A program made the position numbers and the translations under genes. Positions 51,158-61,804 of a stretch of 64,000 bases of DNA are shown here, in pieces. The DNA is taken from contig CAYXTS010000001.1 in NCBI GenBank assembly GCA_964468665.1, positions 3,418-67,417 on the forward strand. The letters run 5' to 3'. How positions within the stretch are numbered: the first letter of the stretch is position 1; every line of letters starts with the position of its first letter. This DNA is from an uncultured Candidatus Saccharibacteria bacterium (lineage in GTDB: Bacteria; Patescibacteriota; Saccharimonadia; Saccharimonadales; Saccharimonadaceae). The notes below the pieces were generated by a model. That model worked only from the letters and a program-made list of their open reading frames with translations, searched no databases and was not told the DNA's origin.

Positions 51158-52933
51158 ATGAGAGAGAAAAATAGTGTGAATATAAAAAGAACGTTGTATT
51201 ATTTCTGGAAAGTTTTGATGCAATATAAGTTCCGTACTATATTGATTTTGCTTTTGGTGCCGGCTTGGGTTTTCATTTCTAATGTTGTGGTACCATTTGG
51301 GACATCGGAAATTGTTGGAAAATTATCATCAGGGGATTTTGAAATATCTAATTATGTATCAATACTATTGTTGACGATTGTTCCAGCTACTATGAATAAT
51401 CTTTTTGTGGTTCGAGCAATTGATTGGTTGGATTGGTCTTTGGATGCAAAGTGTGGGCAGTATTTGAGTAAAATGGCCTTTGACGCGGTCGTGAATCAAT
51501 CGATGACATTCCATAGTGAGCATTTTTCTGGTTCTTTGACATCTGCAGCTAATAAATTACCGAACTCATTTATCTCGTTGAAATCGTCTTTCGTGTGGGA
51601 TATTTATCCTTTAGCTTTGACGCTTATTTATTCTGTGGGGGCGGCGGCGGTAGTGTGTCTACCATTTGCATTGATTTTGGTGTTATACGCTATTGTTTAT
51701 ATGGCGATTGCAATAATAACATATTACAAGACAATGCATTATGATTCGGCACTGGCGGAGGCGGAAAACAAGCAAACTGGCCAATTAGCGGATTCAATTA
51801 CGAATGAAATATCAGTGAAATCATACGCTAGGGAGGATTATGAGCGAGCTAGGTTTGGTAGGGCGACGCACAGGACATATGATGCTACTTTTGGTGTGGC
51901 AAAGGTATCATTTTGGCGGAATTTATCAATGAACACGGTGAATATGATAACATTCGCAGCCCTTCTTGTTTTGATTGTAATGAGTCATGATTTATTTGGG
52001 CTTGGTATTTCTAGTATTGTGTTCTTGTATTCGGTTTCGAATTCTTTGTTAAATAGAGTATGGACTATAAATCATATTTTGCGAGGCATGAATAGGTCGT
52101 TTGGTAATGCGAGCGAGATGGTGAGAATTCTTGATTTGCCTTATATTATTGATGATAAGAGTGATGTACGATTGGAAGTGAAAGATGGCGTAGTGGAATT
52201 TAGTCATATTGATTTTAAACATTTTAAGCAGAAAACTAAACTTTTTGATGATTTTAATTTGGGGATTCCAGCCGGGAAGAGTGTAGGTCTTGTGGGGGTA
52301 TCTGGTTCTGGTAAGACGACTTTGACGAAATTATTATTGCGTTTCGATGATGTAACTGCGGGTGCAATATATATTGACGGAAAAGATATAAAAGATGTAA
52401 CACAGAATAGTTTGCGTGAAGCAATTGCATATGTTCCGCAGGAATCATCACTTTTCCATAGATCGATTTTTGAGAATATTGCTTATGGGAAACCTGACGC
52501 GTCTATGGACGAAGTAAGAAAAGCAGCACGTTTGGCCAATGCAGATGATTTTATTCGTGATTTGCCAGACGGTTATGATACTCTTGTTGGAGAGAGAGGA
52601 GTAAAATTATCTGGTGGACAAAGGCAGAGAATAGCAATTGCGCGCGCAATTTTAAAAAATGCACCGATTTTAGTATTGGACGAAGCTACTTCGGCGCTTG
52701 ATTCGGAATCGGAGGCGTTGATTCAAGAGGCATTGGCAAACTTGATGAAGGGCCGGACATCGATAGTGGTGGCGCATAGATTGTCGACTATCGCTGGTCT
52801 TGATGAGATTGTGGTGTTGGATGGTGGAAAAATTGTAGAACAAGGTTCGCATAAGGATTTGCTGGCTAAACGTGGTGAGTATCATAAGTTATGGTCTAGG
52901 CAGAGTGGGGCATTTCTTAAAGAAACAAAATAA
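51158..52933 (+). CDS. ABC exporter, fused permease and ATP-binding domains
   Basis: TM domain, then GVSGSGKT, LSGGQRQR, LVLDEATS, VAHRLST. Confidence 0.92.
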   Translation: MREKNSVNIKRTLYYFWKVLMQYKFRTILILLLVPAWVFISNVVVPFGTSEIVGKLSSGDFEISNYVSILLLTIVPATMNNLFVVRAIDWLDWSLDAKCGQYLSKMAFDAVVNQSMTFHSEHFSGSLTSAANKLPNSFISLKSSFVWDIYPLALTLIYSVGAAAVVCLPFALILVLYAIVYMAIAIITYYKTMHYDSALAEAENKQTGQLADSITNEISVKSYAREDYERARFGRATHRTYDATFGVAKVSFWRNLSMNTVNMITFAALLVLIVMSHDLFGLGISSIVFLYSVSNSLLNRVWTINHILRGMNRSFGNASEMVRILDLPYIIDDKSDVRLEVKDGVVEFSHIDFKHFKQKTKLFDDFNLGIPAGKSVGLVGVSGSGKTTLTKLLLRFDDVTAGAIYIDGKDIKDVTQNSLREAIAYVPQESSLFHRSIFENIAYGKPDASMDEVRKAARLANADDFIRDLPDGYDTLVGERGVKLSGGQRQRIAIARAILKNAPILVLDEATSALDSESEALIQEALANLMKGRTSIVVAHRLSTIAGLDEIVVLDGGKIVEQGSHKDLLAKRGEYHKLWSRQSGAFLKETK

Positions 52934-52941
52934 TATTAGTT

Positions 52942-54279
52942 TTAGTTGTTGGCCCAGAAATCTTCTGGATTGGAAACGACTTCGATATTAATGGTATTTT
53001 CTTCTCCGGTAGTGAAATTTTTGGCCTTTAAAGTTTTGGCGCCGATTTCTGATTCACCTATAACGATACCGTGTTTAGCAATTTTGGCAGCATATCCTAG
53101 TTTGTCACCAAGTTTCTTGTCGGTGAGTACGGTGGTGGAGGTGAGGTTTTTTTCACGGATTTTTTGCGCAACATTTAATGCTTCATCGAACTCGTGTTCT
53201 GTGACTGGGATGACGGCATAGTCTACGAGTTCTTCAGACGGAGATGAGAGCAGTTCCTTTTCGTTGAGGATGTAGAAAAGACGGGTTAGGCCAATGGAGC
53301 CGCCAACGCCAGGGAATGATTTGTCTGAAAAGTATTTAGTGAGATTTTCGTATTTGCCTCCACCACAAACGGAACCAATATTTTTATATTCTGGTAAAAT
53401 GAATTCGAATACCGTACCAGTATAGTAATCTAGGCCACGGACAATTTTGAGGTCAGCGGCAACTTGATTCTCTAGTCCTAGAGATTCTAATAGATATAAT
53501 ACTTGGTCTAGCTCATTGACACCTTCTGTGAAGGTGCTATTACTGATATCAAGATTATTGAGCGAAGAGATAACTGATGAGCGATTGCCGTTTAGTTCTA
53601 TGAGGGAAAGGATATTTTTGACGGTGGATTTATCAAGTTGAAGTTCTTCAAGACTGACTTTGGTTTGTTCTGGAGTGACTTTTTCGGCGTGATCGATGAT
53701 GTTTAGTATTTCTGTGGTGAGTGAAGTGAGGTTGTATGCCTCCATGAAACCTGTGAGGATTTTGCGGTTACTAATGCGTGCGAGCACGGATGTGTTTAGA
53801 TTGAATGATTTGAAGGTGTCAAGTAAGGTGGAGATAACATCCGCATCATATGCAATTGGTAGAGTTGTACGACCAATAACGTCAATATCGCATTGGTAAA
53901 ACTCACGGAACCTACCTTTTTGGGCGCGTTCGCCGCGAAAGTTGGTGCCGATTTGAGAAACTTTGAAAGGGAAATCAAGGTCGTTTTCGTGTTCTATAAT
54001 ATAACGTGATAGAGGTACGGTATGGTCAAAACGTAGGGCTTGATTTGCGGAGTCGGTGGACTCGGATGTTTTGATAACTTTGTATATTTGTTTTTCGGTA
54101 TCTCCACCAGCTTTGGCGAGTAGGATGTCGGTGCGTTCGATAAACGGAGTCTCTATTTCAAAAAAACCATGGGACTTATAAGATTCTGCAATTTTGGCTT
54201 TGAGGCCATTGAATATTGCTTGTGTTTTGGGTAGTAGCTCTTGGGTACCAGAAATTGGAGAGGTATTAATAGCTTTCAT
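52942..54279 (-). CDS. hisS: histidine--tRNA ligase
   Basis: LRFDHT, GRFREFYQCD, VRGLDYYTG, GGG.Y, GGSIG. Confidence 0.96.
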   Translation of the reverse strand: MKAINTSPISGTQELLPKTQAIFNGLKAKIAESYKSHGFFEIETPFIERTDILLAKAGGDTEKQIYKVIKTSESTDSANQALRFDHTVPLSRYIIEHENDLDFPFKVSQIGTNFRGERAQKGRFREFYQCDIDVIGRTTLPIAYDADVISTLLDTFKSFNLNTSVLARISNRKILTGFMEAYNLTSLTTEILNIIDHAEKVTPEQTKVSLEELQLDKSTVKNILSLIELNGNRSSVISSLNNLDISNSTFTEGVNELDQVLYLLESLGLENQVAADLKIVRGLDYYTGTVFEFILPEYKNIGSVCGGGKYENLTKYFSDKSFPGVGGSIGLTRLFYILNEKELLSSPSEELVDYAVIPVTEHEFDEALNVAQKIREKNLTSTTVLTDKKLGDKLGYAAKIAKHGIVIGESEIGAKTLKAKNFTTGEENTINIEVVSNPEDFWANN

Positions 54280-54319
54280 ACTTTTAATTATAACATAGGT
54301 ATGGTATAATGTGGAGTAT

Positions 54320-54395
54320 GGTTCTGTAGCTCAGTTGGTAGAGCAGAGGCCTGAAGAGCCTTGTGTCGCTGGTTCAAGTCCAGCCGGAACCACCA
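54320..54395 (+). tRNA. tRNA-Phe(GAA)
   Basis: Anticodon arm GAGGC CT-GAA-GA GCCTT; GTTCAA; 3' CCA. Confidence 0.94.
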
Positions 54396-54603
54396 CACTT
54401 TATATAATTCGGCATTTTGGCCGATTTTTTAGTGGTAATTATCTGTTAAGTACCCTGCAGCAATAGTATGTAATTTTGAACCATTTTTGCAACAAAAAAC
54501 TGTCAAAAATGCGATTTTTACCTCTGTTAAAATGTCTGTTAATACCCTAAACAATTTGATTGCAAAAACACCCACAGCTAAACTATGGGTGTTTTTTGAA
54601 TAA

Positions 54604-55257
54604 TTACAAATCTACAAAGTTGCCATCAGTATCTACAATGACAATTTTATGGCCACCTTGTGTCGTGATATTTCTCACGAGCACTGCCTTGGAAGTAGCA
54701 GCAACTTCTTCTGCAACAGGGTTTTCAGTATCATTAACATCCTTAACGACGCCGACCGAGCCATCATCTTTCACGAAATAAAGCGAAGGGGCACCACCAT
54801 TGCCTTCCCATAAGAAATCCGCAAATATGACGTTTGATGCTATTGTGTATTTGTTGTCTTTCTCTAATATCAAATCTCCATCACTATTTATATACGCATA
54901 GGCTGTTCCATTACCGAAATTACTAGATTTAAAACCATAGGTTGAATCGCCAAGATTCTTTATATTGGTTAAAATATTAGTAGAAAAGGACTTGCTGCCA
55001 TCATCAGTATCTATATCTACGATGGTTGATGTTTCATCTTTTTTAGCCGTTCTGAGTTCCTCAATCTGAGTTTTTAAATTGGATATTTGACTATCTTTAT
55101 CAGAAACTTGCATTATACCGTAAACGCCAAACCCAATACCACAAACCGCCACGATACAAGCAATTGCTGTAGCAATTTTTAACCCGTTGCTTCCATTTTG
55201 CTTATTATTTTCTGCCACGGGCACTGTTGGTGTATTAGTGTCTGAATTTTGTTCCAT
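54604..55257 (-). CDS. membrane-anchored hypothetical protein, related to 32799-33554
   Basis: CGIGFGVY TM segment plus QISNLKTQ heptad. Confidence 0.7.
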   Translation of the reverse strand: MEQNSDTNTPTVPVAENNKQNGSNGLKIATAIACIVAVCGIGFGVYGIMQVSDKDSQISNLKTQIEELRTAKKDETSTIVDIDTDDGSKSFSTNILTNIKNLGDSTYGFKSSNFGNGTAYAYINSDGDLILEKDNKYTIASNVIFADFLWEGNGGAPSLYFVKDDGSVGVVKDVNDTENPVAEEVAATSKAVLVRNITTQGGHKIVIVDTDGNFVDL

Positions 55258-55594
55258 TATTATCCTTTCATTTATTCTTACGTTTTATTATAGCACATTC
55301 ATAATCTAATTTTGCCTTCAAATCCTTTCGATAGATTGTTAATGTCTGCCCAATTCGCCCCCACTACGCATTAAGATACGGCCAAAAAATAGCCTCGTAT
55401 CTGCGATGCGAGCCCAGCAAGATCCACTAAACTTTAAATAAGATGTAGCCTGACGAAAAGAATTGATTATGAAAAGGATTTCAGGCACATGTCCTGAAAT
55501 CTTTTTGGGCACGATTGCCGCATATGTTACGGCTTCTTATCTTAATTTTTTAGGACATCGAAAAAGGCAGGACCTTGCCTTTTTCGTCCTGCCT

Positions 55595-56491
55595 TTACTT
55601 CTTGAAGTAGTTGATGTCTAGCTTAATACCGTTTGACTCGTAGATTTGAGCTATAGCATCAAGCCAGTCGTTGATGTTCACGCCTTCATGTTTGGCGGCG
55701 TGAGAGATGATATCCATTTCAACGTTGCTTGCCTCTTTGACGTCTTTGATGGTGGCATTACCGTTGCCATGGGCAATATACAGAGAAATGTTAAGTTTCT
55801 CTGCCATACCGGCTTCAGTGGAACCATCAATCAGATCGATAATGCGATTTTCGCAGATTGCTTGAATGACTTCCTCTTCTCCATAGATATCCGCCAACAT
55901 GCGTACGCAAAGGACGGATTCCTGATAAGAAGCAATGACGTCAAGACCGAGTTCGTCACAGATCTGAATCGTAAGCCAATCAACGAGACCTTCAACAATC
56001 ATGGAGTCATCTGCGTCATTCCGGTTAGGGACGAGAGAGTGAATCACTTCGTGGATGAGACAATATGCTTTTTGCGCATCCGATGTCACATAAAATTGCG
56101 GCAGAATGTAAACATTGTTGCTATCTTCGTCGTAAAACGCGATATATGAGGAAAAGATAACAACTTCCTCAGCCGACATTGTGCTGACGTCGCTTTCGCT
56201 AATGTCGAGCTCGTATACATTCTGAAGCTTTCCGAACTTCTCCCAATCCAAGTACTCGGAATGAGGTATGGTAGTTTTGATGGCATTCTTGACGGTATCG
56301 AGTAGACCATCGTAGTTAGTGGAAGCATCCGCTTTGGCATAAGCCTTGACGTAGTCCATTGCATTGACAGTTTCGGCGATAGCATCGACATCCCACTCAT
56401 CAGCGTATTTGTAGGCGCTGGTAGTGGAGGAACATGCGGTCATGGTCATTATGACAACCAAAAGAATAATAGCGTTTGTAATTTTTTTCAT
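55595..56491 (-). CDS. putative lipoprotein zinc metallopeptidase (gluzincin-like)
   Basis: Lipobox-like MTAC, HEVIH, downstream EGL. Many C-ending codons, unlike flanking genes. Confidence 0.7.
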   Translation of the reverse strand: MKKITNAIILLVVIMTMTACSSTTSAYKYADEWDVDAIAETVNAMDYVKAYAKADASTNYDGLLDTVKNAIKTTIPHSEYLDWEKFGKLQNVYELDISESDVSTMSAEEVVIFSSYIAFYDEDSNNVYILPQFYVTSDAQKAYCLIHEVIHSLVPNRNDADDSMIVEGLVDWLTIQICDELGLDVIASYQESVLCVRMLADIYGEEEVIQAICENRIIDLIDGSTEAGMAEKLNISLYIAHGNGNATIKDVKEASNVEMDIISHAAKHEGVNINDWLDAIAQIYESNGIKLDINYFKK

Positions 56492-56789
56492 TGGGGGGGG
56501 GTTCTCCTTTCTGAATCATTTTTAGGGGTATGTCCTTTCTGGAAGGTCCTCCGAAAAAAATGCTATTCATATCGTACTACTTCATGGAAAAGAGCTAATT
56601 TGACGGATCGATTGTGTGGATCGACGTCCATTCTTTTGTATTATATCATACTTTAATAAAAAAGTCAATACTATCTATGCCTTTAGTGGATTAGCAACAA
56701 TCCCATTTTTTTCTATATACTGTTAAAGCCTGGTAAATTAAGCCCCACCAGATTTTATATAACTTAGCATTTTCGCCGATTTTGTTGTG

Positions 56790-57560
56790 TTAGTTAATCT
56801 CGGCACATACTGCGTAATGATCAGAAAAATTATCGATTTTGGAAACTTGTTTACTCTGTAAATCCTTGTTAATGAGAATGTAATCCATTTGAATTGCGCC
56901 ACGTTTTTCGTAGTAATCCTTAGTTGTCGGTTCATTGATAATATTTTTTACGATTCCACGAATACTAGGTACTAAATCGAACAGTTTTTCAGTGTTAAAG
57001 TCACCTGCTACCACTAAATTACTATCAGAGTACTTTTTAATTATTTCTTCAAGCGGCTTGTACGATTCTGGATAGTCAAATTCGGTTCTTCCGAATGGCG
57101 CAAATGCCATAGCATGTCCAGTAATGATGCTGTATTTCTTTCCTTGTATTTCTACTCCTACCTTAATAATGCCTTTATCAAATGAATGATAAACTATGCC
57201 AGACGAACTCGTCTTCGTCATATCTGGATTCCCAAATAGTGTCAATTCTTTATCAATAATTTTATATTTTGAAAAAATCGCAACTCCAACTCGGCCACCA
57301 TCAAACAAATATGAATCATATGTGTCGTAAGTGCAATAATACTTTAAATGTGTTCGCTGTGTTATTTGCTTACTTATCGATTCCACACCGTCAACATATG
57401 CTGGATATTCTTGAAAGCATACCACATCAAAATCATTTTCATTGATTATGTTTATCATCTCCTCAATGTTTGCATTGTTCACGGTATCCGCAGTTTCTTG
57501 ATTATCCAAATTGGTTGTGATTCCTGTAAATTCATTTACATTCCAAGTTGCGATTTTCAT
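56790..57560 (-). CDS. endonuclease/exonuclease/phosphatase (EEP) family protein
   Basis: TWNV, FQE, AGDFN, DYIL, SDH. Confidence 0.9.
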   Translation of the reverse strand: MKIATWNVNEFTGITTNLDNQETADTVNNANIEEMINIINENDFDVVCFQEYPAYVDGVESISKQITQRTHLKYYCTYDTYDSYLFDGGRVGVAIFSKYKIIDKELTLFGNPDMTKTSSSGIVYHSFDKGIIKVGVEIQGKKYSIITGHAMAFAPFGRTEFDYPESYKPLEEIIKKYSDSNLVVAGDFNTEKLFDLVPSIRGIVKNIINEPTTKDYYEKRGAIQMDYILINKDLQSKQVSKIDNFSDHYAVCAEIN

Positions 57561-57701
57561 TTTTTGTCCTTCGTTTCTATATTTATTATATCATGGGTTG
57601 TAAGCTGATAATTTCTCCCTATTAGCTCTTTATAGACTGTTAATATCTGAGTAATTCGTCCCCACTATTCATGCTAGAATTAGTCATTCTAGCGGTTTTT
57701 A

Positions 57702-58346
57702 TTATTTCTCGACAAAATCAACGGCCATCTTTAAGACTTCAGGCTCTTCAGTTGCGGTAAAATGAAATCCTCTAGAATGCACCAATCGTAACTGACCATT
57801 TAGTTTTTCTGCAAGGTATTTCATACATGGCAATCTGTAGTCCGCATCATTATCTGTCCCTAAAATTATACATTTCTTAAATTTTGGCGTAATCTGCGTA
57901 AAATCATATTTAAAATCAAACCCCGCTAAATACTGTTTTCTCTTACCAGTGCGACGGTCAAACTCAAAATCTTCCGTCCAAAATTGCTTCTCTAGGCCAC
58001 TTGGTGCCACCAATCCTAAACCGAAAATTGCCGATGGGAGTTTTTCTAGTGTTTTCATTGCTACCACTCCGCCAAGACTATGCCCTAACAGAATAGTCTT
58101 TTCGTTAAAGACGACGTTTTTTATCACATACTCAACTTGTTTGCGTTCTGATGGCGTATCGGTACCAGGCAGCTCTGGAAGTTGCACTTCGTAACCTAAA
58201 TGTTCTAATTGATTTTTAAGCCACGGGAAAAATTCCGTATCGCCGTGTTCAGTGTAGCCGTGCAAGATTACAAAATTATAATCATCTAGAAAACTAGGTG
58301 AAGATACACTCCAAGCAATGCTGTCATGCTGGGGTTTTTCATTCAT
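57702..58346 (-). CDS. alpha/beta hydrolase (RBBP9/YdeN-like)
   Basis: ILHGY, WLKNQLE, GHSLGG, C-terminal His. Confidence 0.85.
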   Translation of the reverse strand: MNEKPQHDSIAWSVSSPSFLDDYNFVILHGYTEHGDTEFFPWLKNQLEHLGYEVQLPELPGTDTPSERKQVEYVIKNVVFNEKTILLGHSLGGVVAMKTLEKLPSAIFGLGLVAPSGLEKQFWTEDFEFDRRTGKRKQYLAGFDFKYDFTQITPKFKKCIILGTDNDADYRLPCMKYLAEKLNGQLRLVHSRGFHFTATEEPEVLKMAVDFVEK

Positions 58347-58507
58347 ATCTTAATTATAGCACTCAAAATCAAAGGCTGAGAAAACCTTTGCAATTATTCA
58401 GGGTTTTTGTTTGTAGTTTTTTATGTAGTGTTATATTTGAACGATTTGTCTTCGGTTTTAAGTATAGACACAAAAAGCCCCGACTGGCTGTCGGGGACTT
58501 TTTGTTT

Positions 58508-58990
58508 TTAGATAAGTTCGGAGTTGTGGAATTCGCGTTTCAGATAGAACCAGCGATGCTGACTAAGCTTACCGGTATGGATCATGTCGCCTAACATTAG
58601 AAACATGTAGGCGTTGTGATCATCTGAGTAGAAGTAGTACTTGCTACCGGAAATGGTGGTGGCGCACATGAGATTATGCGGAATACCGTTATGGTTACCG
58701 CACTCGATTCTCTCGATTGATTCAATGTATGAAGTAAAAATTTCATCGCCGTTGTTGAATCCTTTGCGTCCAAATACCTTGCCGCCCAGAATGCATTTTC
58801 CGGGAATCTCGAGCTTGTCAGTATTGGATTTTTCCCAGAAGTTAGTGAATGCTTTCGCGACGGTTGTGCGGTTGTCGTAGCCATCGGTTTTACGGAAATA
58901 GAGTTCTCATTCTTTAATTATGGGACTATATGCCGTGTTGGCTATCTCATTAGTTTCTTTCAAGACATTGCCTATAGTTTCAATATTCAT
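58508..58990 (-). pseudogene. 161-codon ORF with an in-frame TGA at codon 28 (not in the ORF track)
   Basis: Hand translation MNIETIG...PIIKE*ELYFRK...GGKVFGRKGFNNGDEIFTS...NSELI*; SD GGAGG 8 nt upstream. Confidence 0.7.
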
Positions 58991-59481
58991 AGCATAAACC
59001 TCCGTAAAAATAGTTTTTGAGATATACAAAAATTTAGACTAAAATCTAAAACTAAAAAGGGTGTAACAGGCGGAAAACCGCAAAAGAAATAGAAACTTCT
59101 CCTTTCTAAAAACTTTTTAATATACTAACACCTTGGTGTCAGATTATGTCTGACACTCGATTTCTTAATTATAGCACATTTGTATTTTTGTCAATATATA
59201 ATGCTAATGTTTGCCTGATTTACCTTATATTGCTAGAGTTGGTGAGAGACAGATGGGTGACTGGTTGGTTTTTGATTGGTAGCGTTTTCGGGTCAAAAGC
59301 TAGCGATGCTAGATAAATTGAACAGGCGTATCTTCAGAATCTTTATGTTGACGAGGGTTTTTGCAAAATTAGTTAAATTTATATCTATGATTTTGTTATA
59401 TAGGTTAAATAAAATAAGACAGAAGGTGAGTTTTTGTGATAATTTTTGTTTTTGTGGTATAATAGTGAATGTTGGTGCTAT

Positions 59482-59558
59482 GGGCGGTTAGCTCAGTTGG
59501 CTAGAGCGCGTCTTTGACGTAGACGAGGTCACAGGTTCGACTCCTGTATCGCCCACCA
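59482..59558 (+). tRNA. tRNA-Val(GAC)
   Basis: Anticodon arm CGTCT TT-GAC-GT AGACG; 3' CCA. Confidence 0.94.
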
Positions 59559-59657
59559 TTATAGCAAAAAACTTTGGACCTTTGCGCGTAAGCGCATTTT
59601 TTATTGCCGAGCAGAGTTCGGAATATAAGCGAAAGTGAGGCCCCAAGGTGCGGGGGT

Positions 59658-60383
59658 TTATTGTTTTGATTTACATCTAAAGATTACAGAAGAAACGATT
59701 ACTGTCGCAATAGTATAAACAATAATGATTAGTATGTTTCGTGGTTCAATTATTGATATGTTATTATTCAAAACTCCATTAATTATCCTTACTAAGCTTT
59801 CAAACGGTAAAAACTCACAGAACTTTGCGAACACATCGCCCACCATTTCGGATGGAAAATACATTCCGCTCGTAAAACAGACTAACTGCACGACGATACT
59901 CCCTACTCCACCTGTGGCTTTTTCGCTCACTAGGCTCCCAATTAAAATCCCAAGTGTAATAAAGAATATCGAGATAAATAGAGTTGCGATTATTGCTAAA
60001 ATTATACCAAAATTGAATGCTAACCCCATCATACACGCTACGCCAAAGAATAAAATATTCTGAATCAAAATAATCGGAAAAAGTGAAAGAACATAACCGA
60101 AAATATAATCACTAGCCTTCATCGGTGAAGCACCGAGTCGCATGAGGAGTGCTGAGTCGCGGTCCTTTGCTACTAGTGTTGCCGTAAATAAAGTAATAAA
60201 TGAAAGCCCAAAAATTACAATACCTGGAGTAAAATTCTCTAATCTATAATTTTCACTCGGAATATTAAATTGCTGGAAAATAAAAAGTAAAAATAGCGGT
60301 AAAATAATTTCAAATACCAGCGCTAACGGATCACGAATTAGCTCTTTGAAATTTCGCACGGCAAAATTAAGCATACGACTCAT
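59658..60383 (-). CDS. ABC-2 type transporter permease
   Basis: Six TM helices, TSGMYFP, LP.ES. Confidence 0.88.
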   Translation of the reverse strand: MSRMLNFAVRNFKELIRDPLALVFEIILPLFLLFIFQQFNIPSENYRLENFTPGIVIFGLSFITLFTATLVAKDRDSALLMRLGASPMKASDYIFGYVLSLFPIILIQNILFFGVACMMGLAFNFGIILAIIATLFISIFFITLGILIGSLVSEKATGGVGSIVVQLVCFTSGMYFPSEMVGDVFAKFCEFLPFESLVRIINGVLNNNISIIEPRNILIIIVYTIATVIVSSVIFRCKSKQ

Positions 60384-61102
60384 TTTTCTTCTCCTGTGGC
60401 GATCTTTACGAAAGCGTCCTCAAAGTTTTTAGTTTTTGCTTTCCTAATTAGCTCTTTCGCAGTTCCAACCTCAACTATTTTTCCATTCTTCATAATTCCG
60501 ATACGATCTGATAAACTTTCGGCTTCTTCCATATAATGTGTGGTGAGAATGATTGTGATTTTGCCTTTCAAACACTCAATCAGTCGCCAAAGCTCTTTTC
60601 TAGCAATCACATCCAGTCCTAGCGTCGGCTCATCAAGAAACAAGATCTCCGGATCGTTTACTAGTGCTAGCGCAATCGAAAGCCGCCTTTGTAGGCCACC
60701 AGAGAGAGTCTTTGCTTTTTGATTCTTTATCGATTCCAACTTGAAATCTTTAATAAGCTCGGCAATTTTTTTAGACTTATTATTGATTTGATACACGCCC
60801 GCCATAAAATCCAGATTTTCATAGACGGTCAGATTTGGTGCAATCGCAGTTTCCTGTGGCGAAACGTTTATTTTAGATTTTATTTCTGCTGAATATTTCC
60901 GTATATCAAGTCCTAGTATTTTTATATTACCAGATGTAGGCTCCACTAATCCGGTCAGCATTTTAATTGTCGTAGTTTTTCCAGCACCGTTCGTGCCGAG
61001 CAGAGCAAAAAGCTCACCATGTTTGATTTTTAGGTTAAGTTTGTCGACGGCAATTTTATCCTTATATTTTTTGGTTAAGTCAGAAATTTCAATCACATTC
61101 AT
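60380..61102 (-). CDS. ABC transporter ATP-binding protein
   Basis: GTNGAGKT, LSGG, FLDEPT, TTHYM. Confidence 0.93.
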   Translation of the reverse strand: MNVIEISDLTKKYKDKIAVDKLNLKIKHGELFALLGTNGAGKTTTIKMLTGLVEPTSGNIKILGLDIRKYSAEIKSKINVSPQETAIAPNLTVYENLDFMAGVYQINNKSKKIAELIKDFKLESIKNQKAKTLSGGLQRRLSIALALVNDPEILFLDEPTLGLDVIARKELWRLIECLKGKITIILTTHYMEEAESLSDRIGIMKNGKIVEVGTAKELIRKAKTKNFEDAFVKIATGEEK

Positions 61103-61103
61103 A

Positions 61104-61295
61104 CTAACTTGGCATTATCTTATTAAAGTTGCTTTCTAGAACTTCGGATTTTACGATTGCCATCCCTTTTTTCTTATCGCAAAGTACTACCACCGAATCG
61201 CCAGGTTTAATATTAAACATATCTCTGGCTTCTTTTGGGATTACGATTTGACCTTTTTCGCCAACCTTAGATATTCCAACGAATTTATCTTTCAC
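61104..61295 (-). CDS. AbrB/MazE/SpoVT-type DNA-binding protein
   Basis: KVGEKGQIVIPKEARDMFNIKPGD swapped-hairpin motif upstream of an ABC pair. Confidence 0.88.
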   Translation of the reverse strand: MKDKFVGISKVGEKGQIVIPKEARDMFNIKPGDSVVVLCDKKKGMAIVKSEVLESNFNKIMPS

Positions 61296-61556
61296 ATTCT
61301 ATCCTTTTGGTATGAATAGTTATACTTTTCATACTACTATGATACGCCTATCATATAAGAAGTCAAGCCCGACCTATAGATATCGAGTACTCATAGATTA
61401 GTTATTAGAAAGATAATCGTATTGAGATTATAGTTTTCCGGCGGAGCAGGCGGGGAAAACTTGCAAAAGTCCCCCATTATTTGAGATTTGTGGTATAATA
61501 GTTTCTGGTGGTGTTATAGCTGCACCAAAACTGCAAAAGTCCACTATTTACAATTT

Positions 61557-61633
61557 GGGTCGGTAGCTCAGCTGGTTAGAGCACGGGCCTTTTAAGCCCG
61601 GTGTCGAGGGTTCGAGCCCCTCCCGACTCACCA
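61557..61633 (+). tRNA. tRNA-Lys(TTT)
   Basis: Anticodon arm CGGGC CT-TTT-AA GCCCG; 3' CCA. Confidence 0.94.
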
Positions 61634-61804
61634 AAAAGGTAAAACGAACCTGGAAGGTTCTTTTTTGTTTTTTGCAAATTACGAAGCAATAATCAGGATG
61701 TAATGCAGCTAATTTTTGTACTTGTTATTATATTAGATATATGTTATAATATGAATGTTTTGGGCTATAAGAAAACCATGTTCTTTAAAAAAGGAGGAGA
61801 TAAT

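Noticed and set aside
55470-55597. Riboswitch-like alternative hairpins
   Set aside because: They lie 3' of the lipoprotein gene and are adequately explained as terminators; no aptamer motif recognised.
58907-58909. Genome-wide TGA reassignment (code 4 or 25)
   Set aside because: TGA terminates pcrA, pgi and rnhA at their expected ends.
58500-59000. tmRNA or other large ncRNA in the apparent gap
   Set aside because: No tRNA-like ends; the region translates as one TGA-interrupted ORF. ORFs 58597-58884 and 58641-58880 are off-frame shadows.
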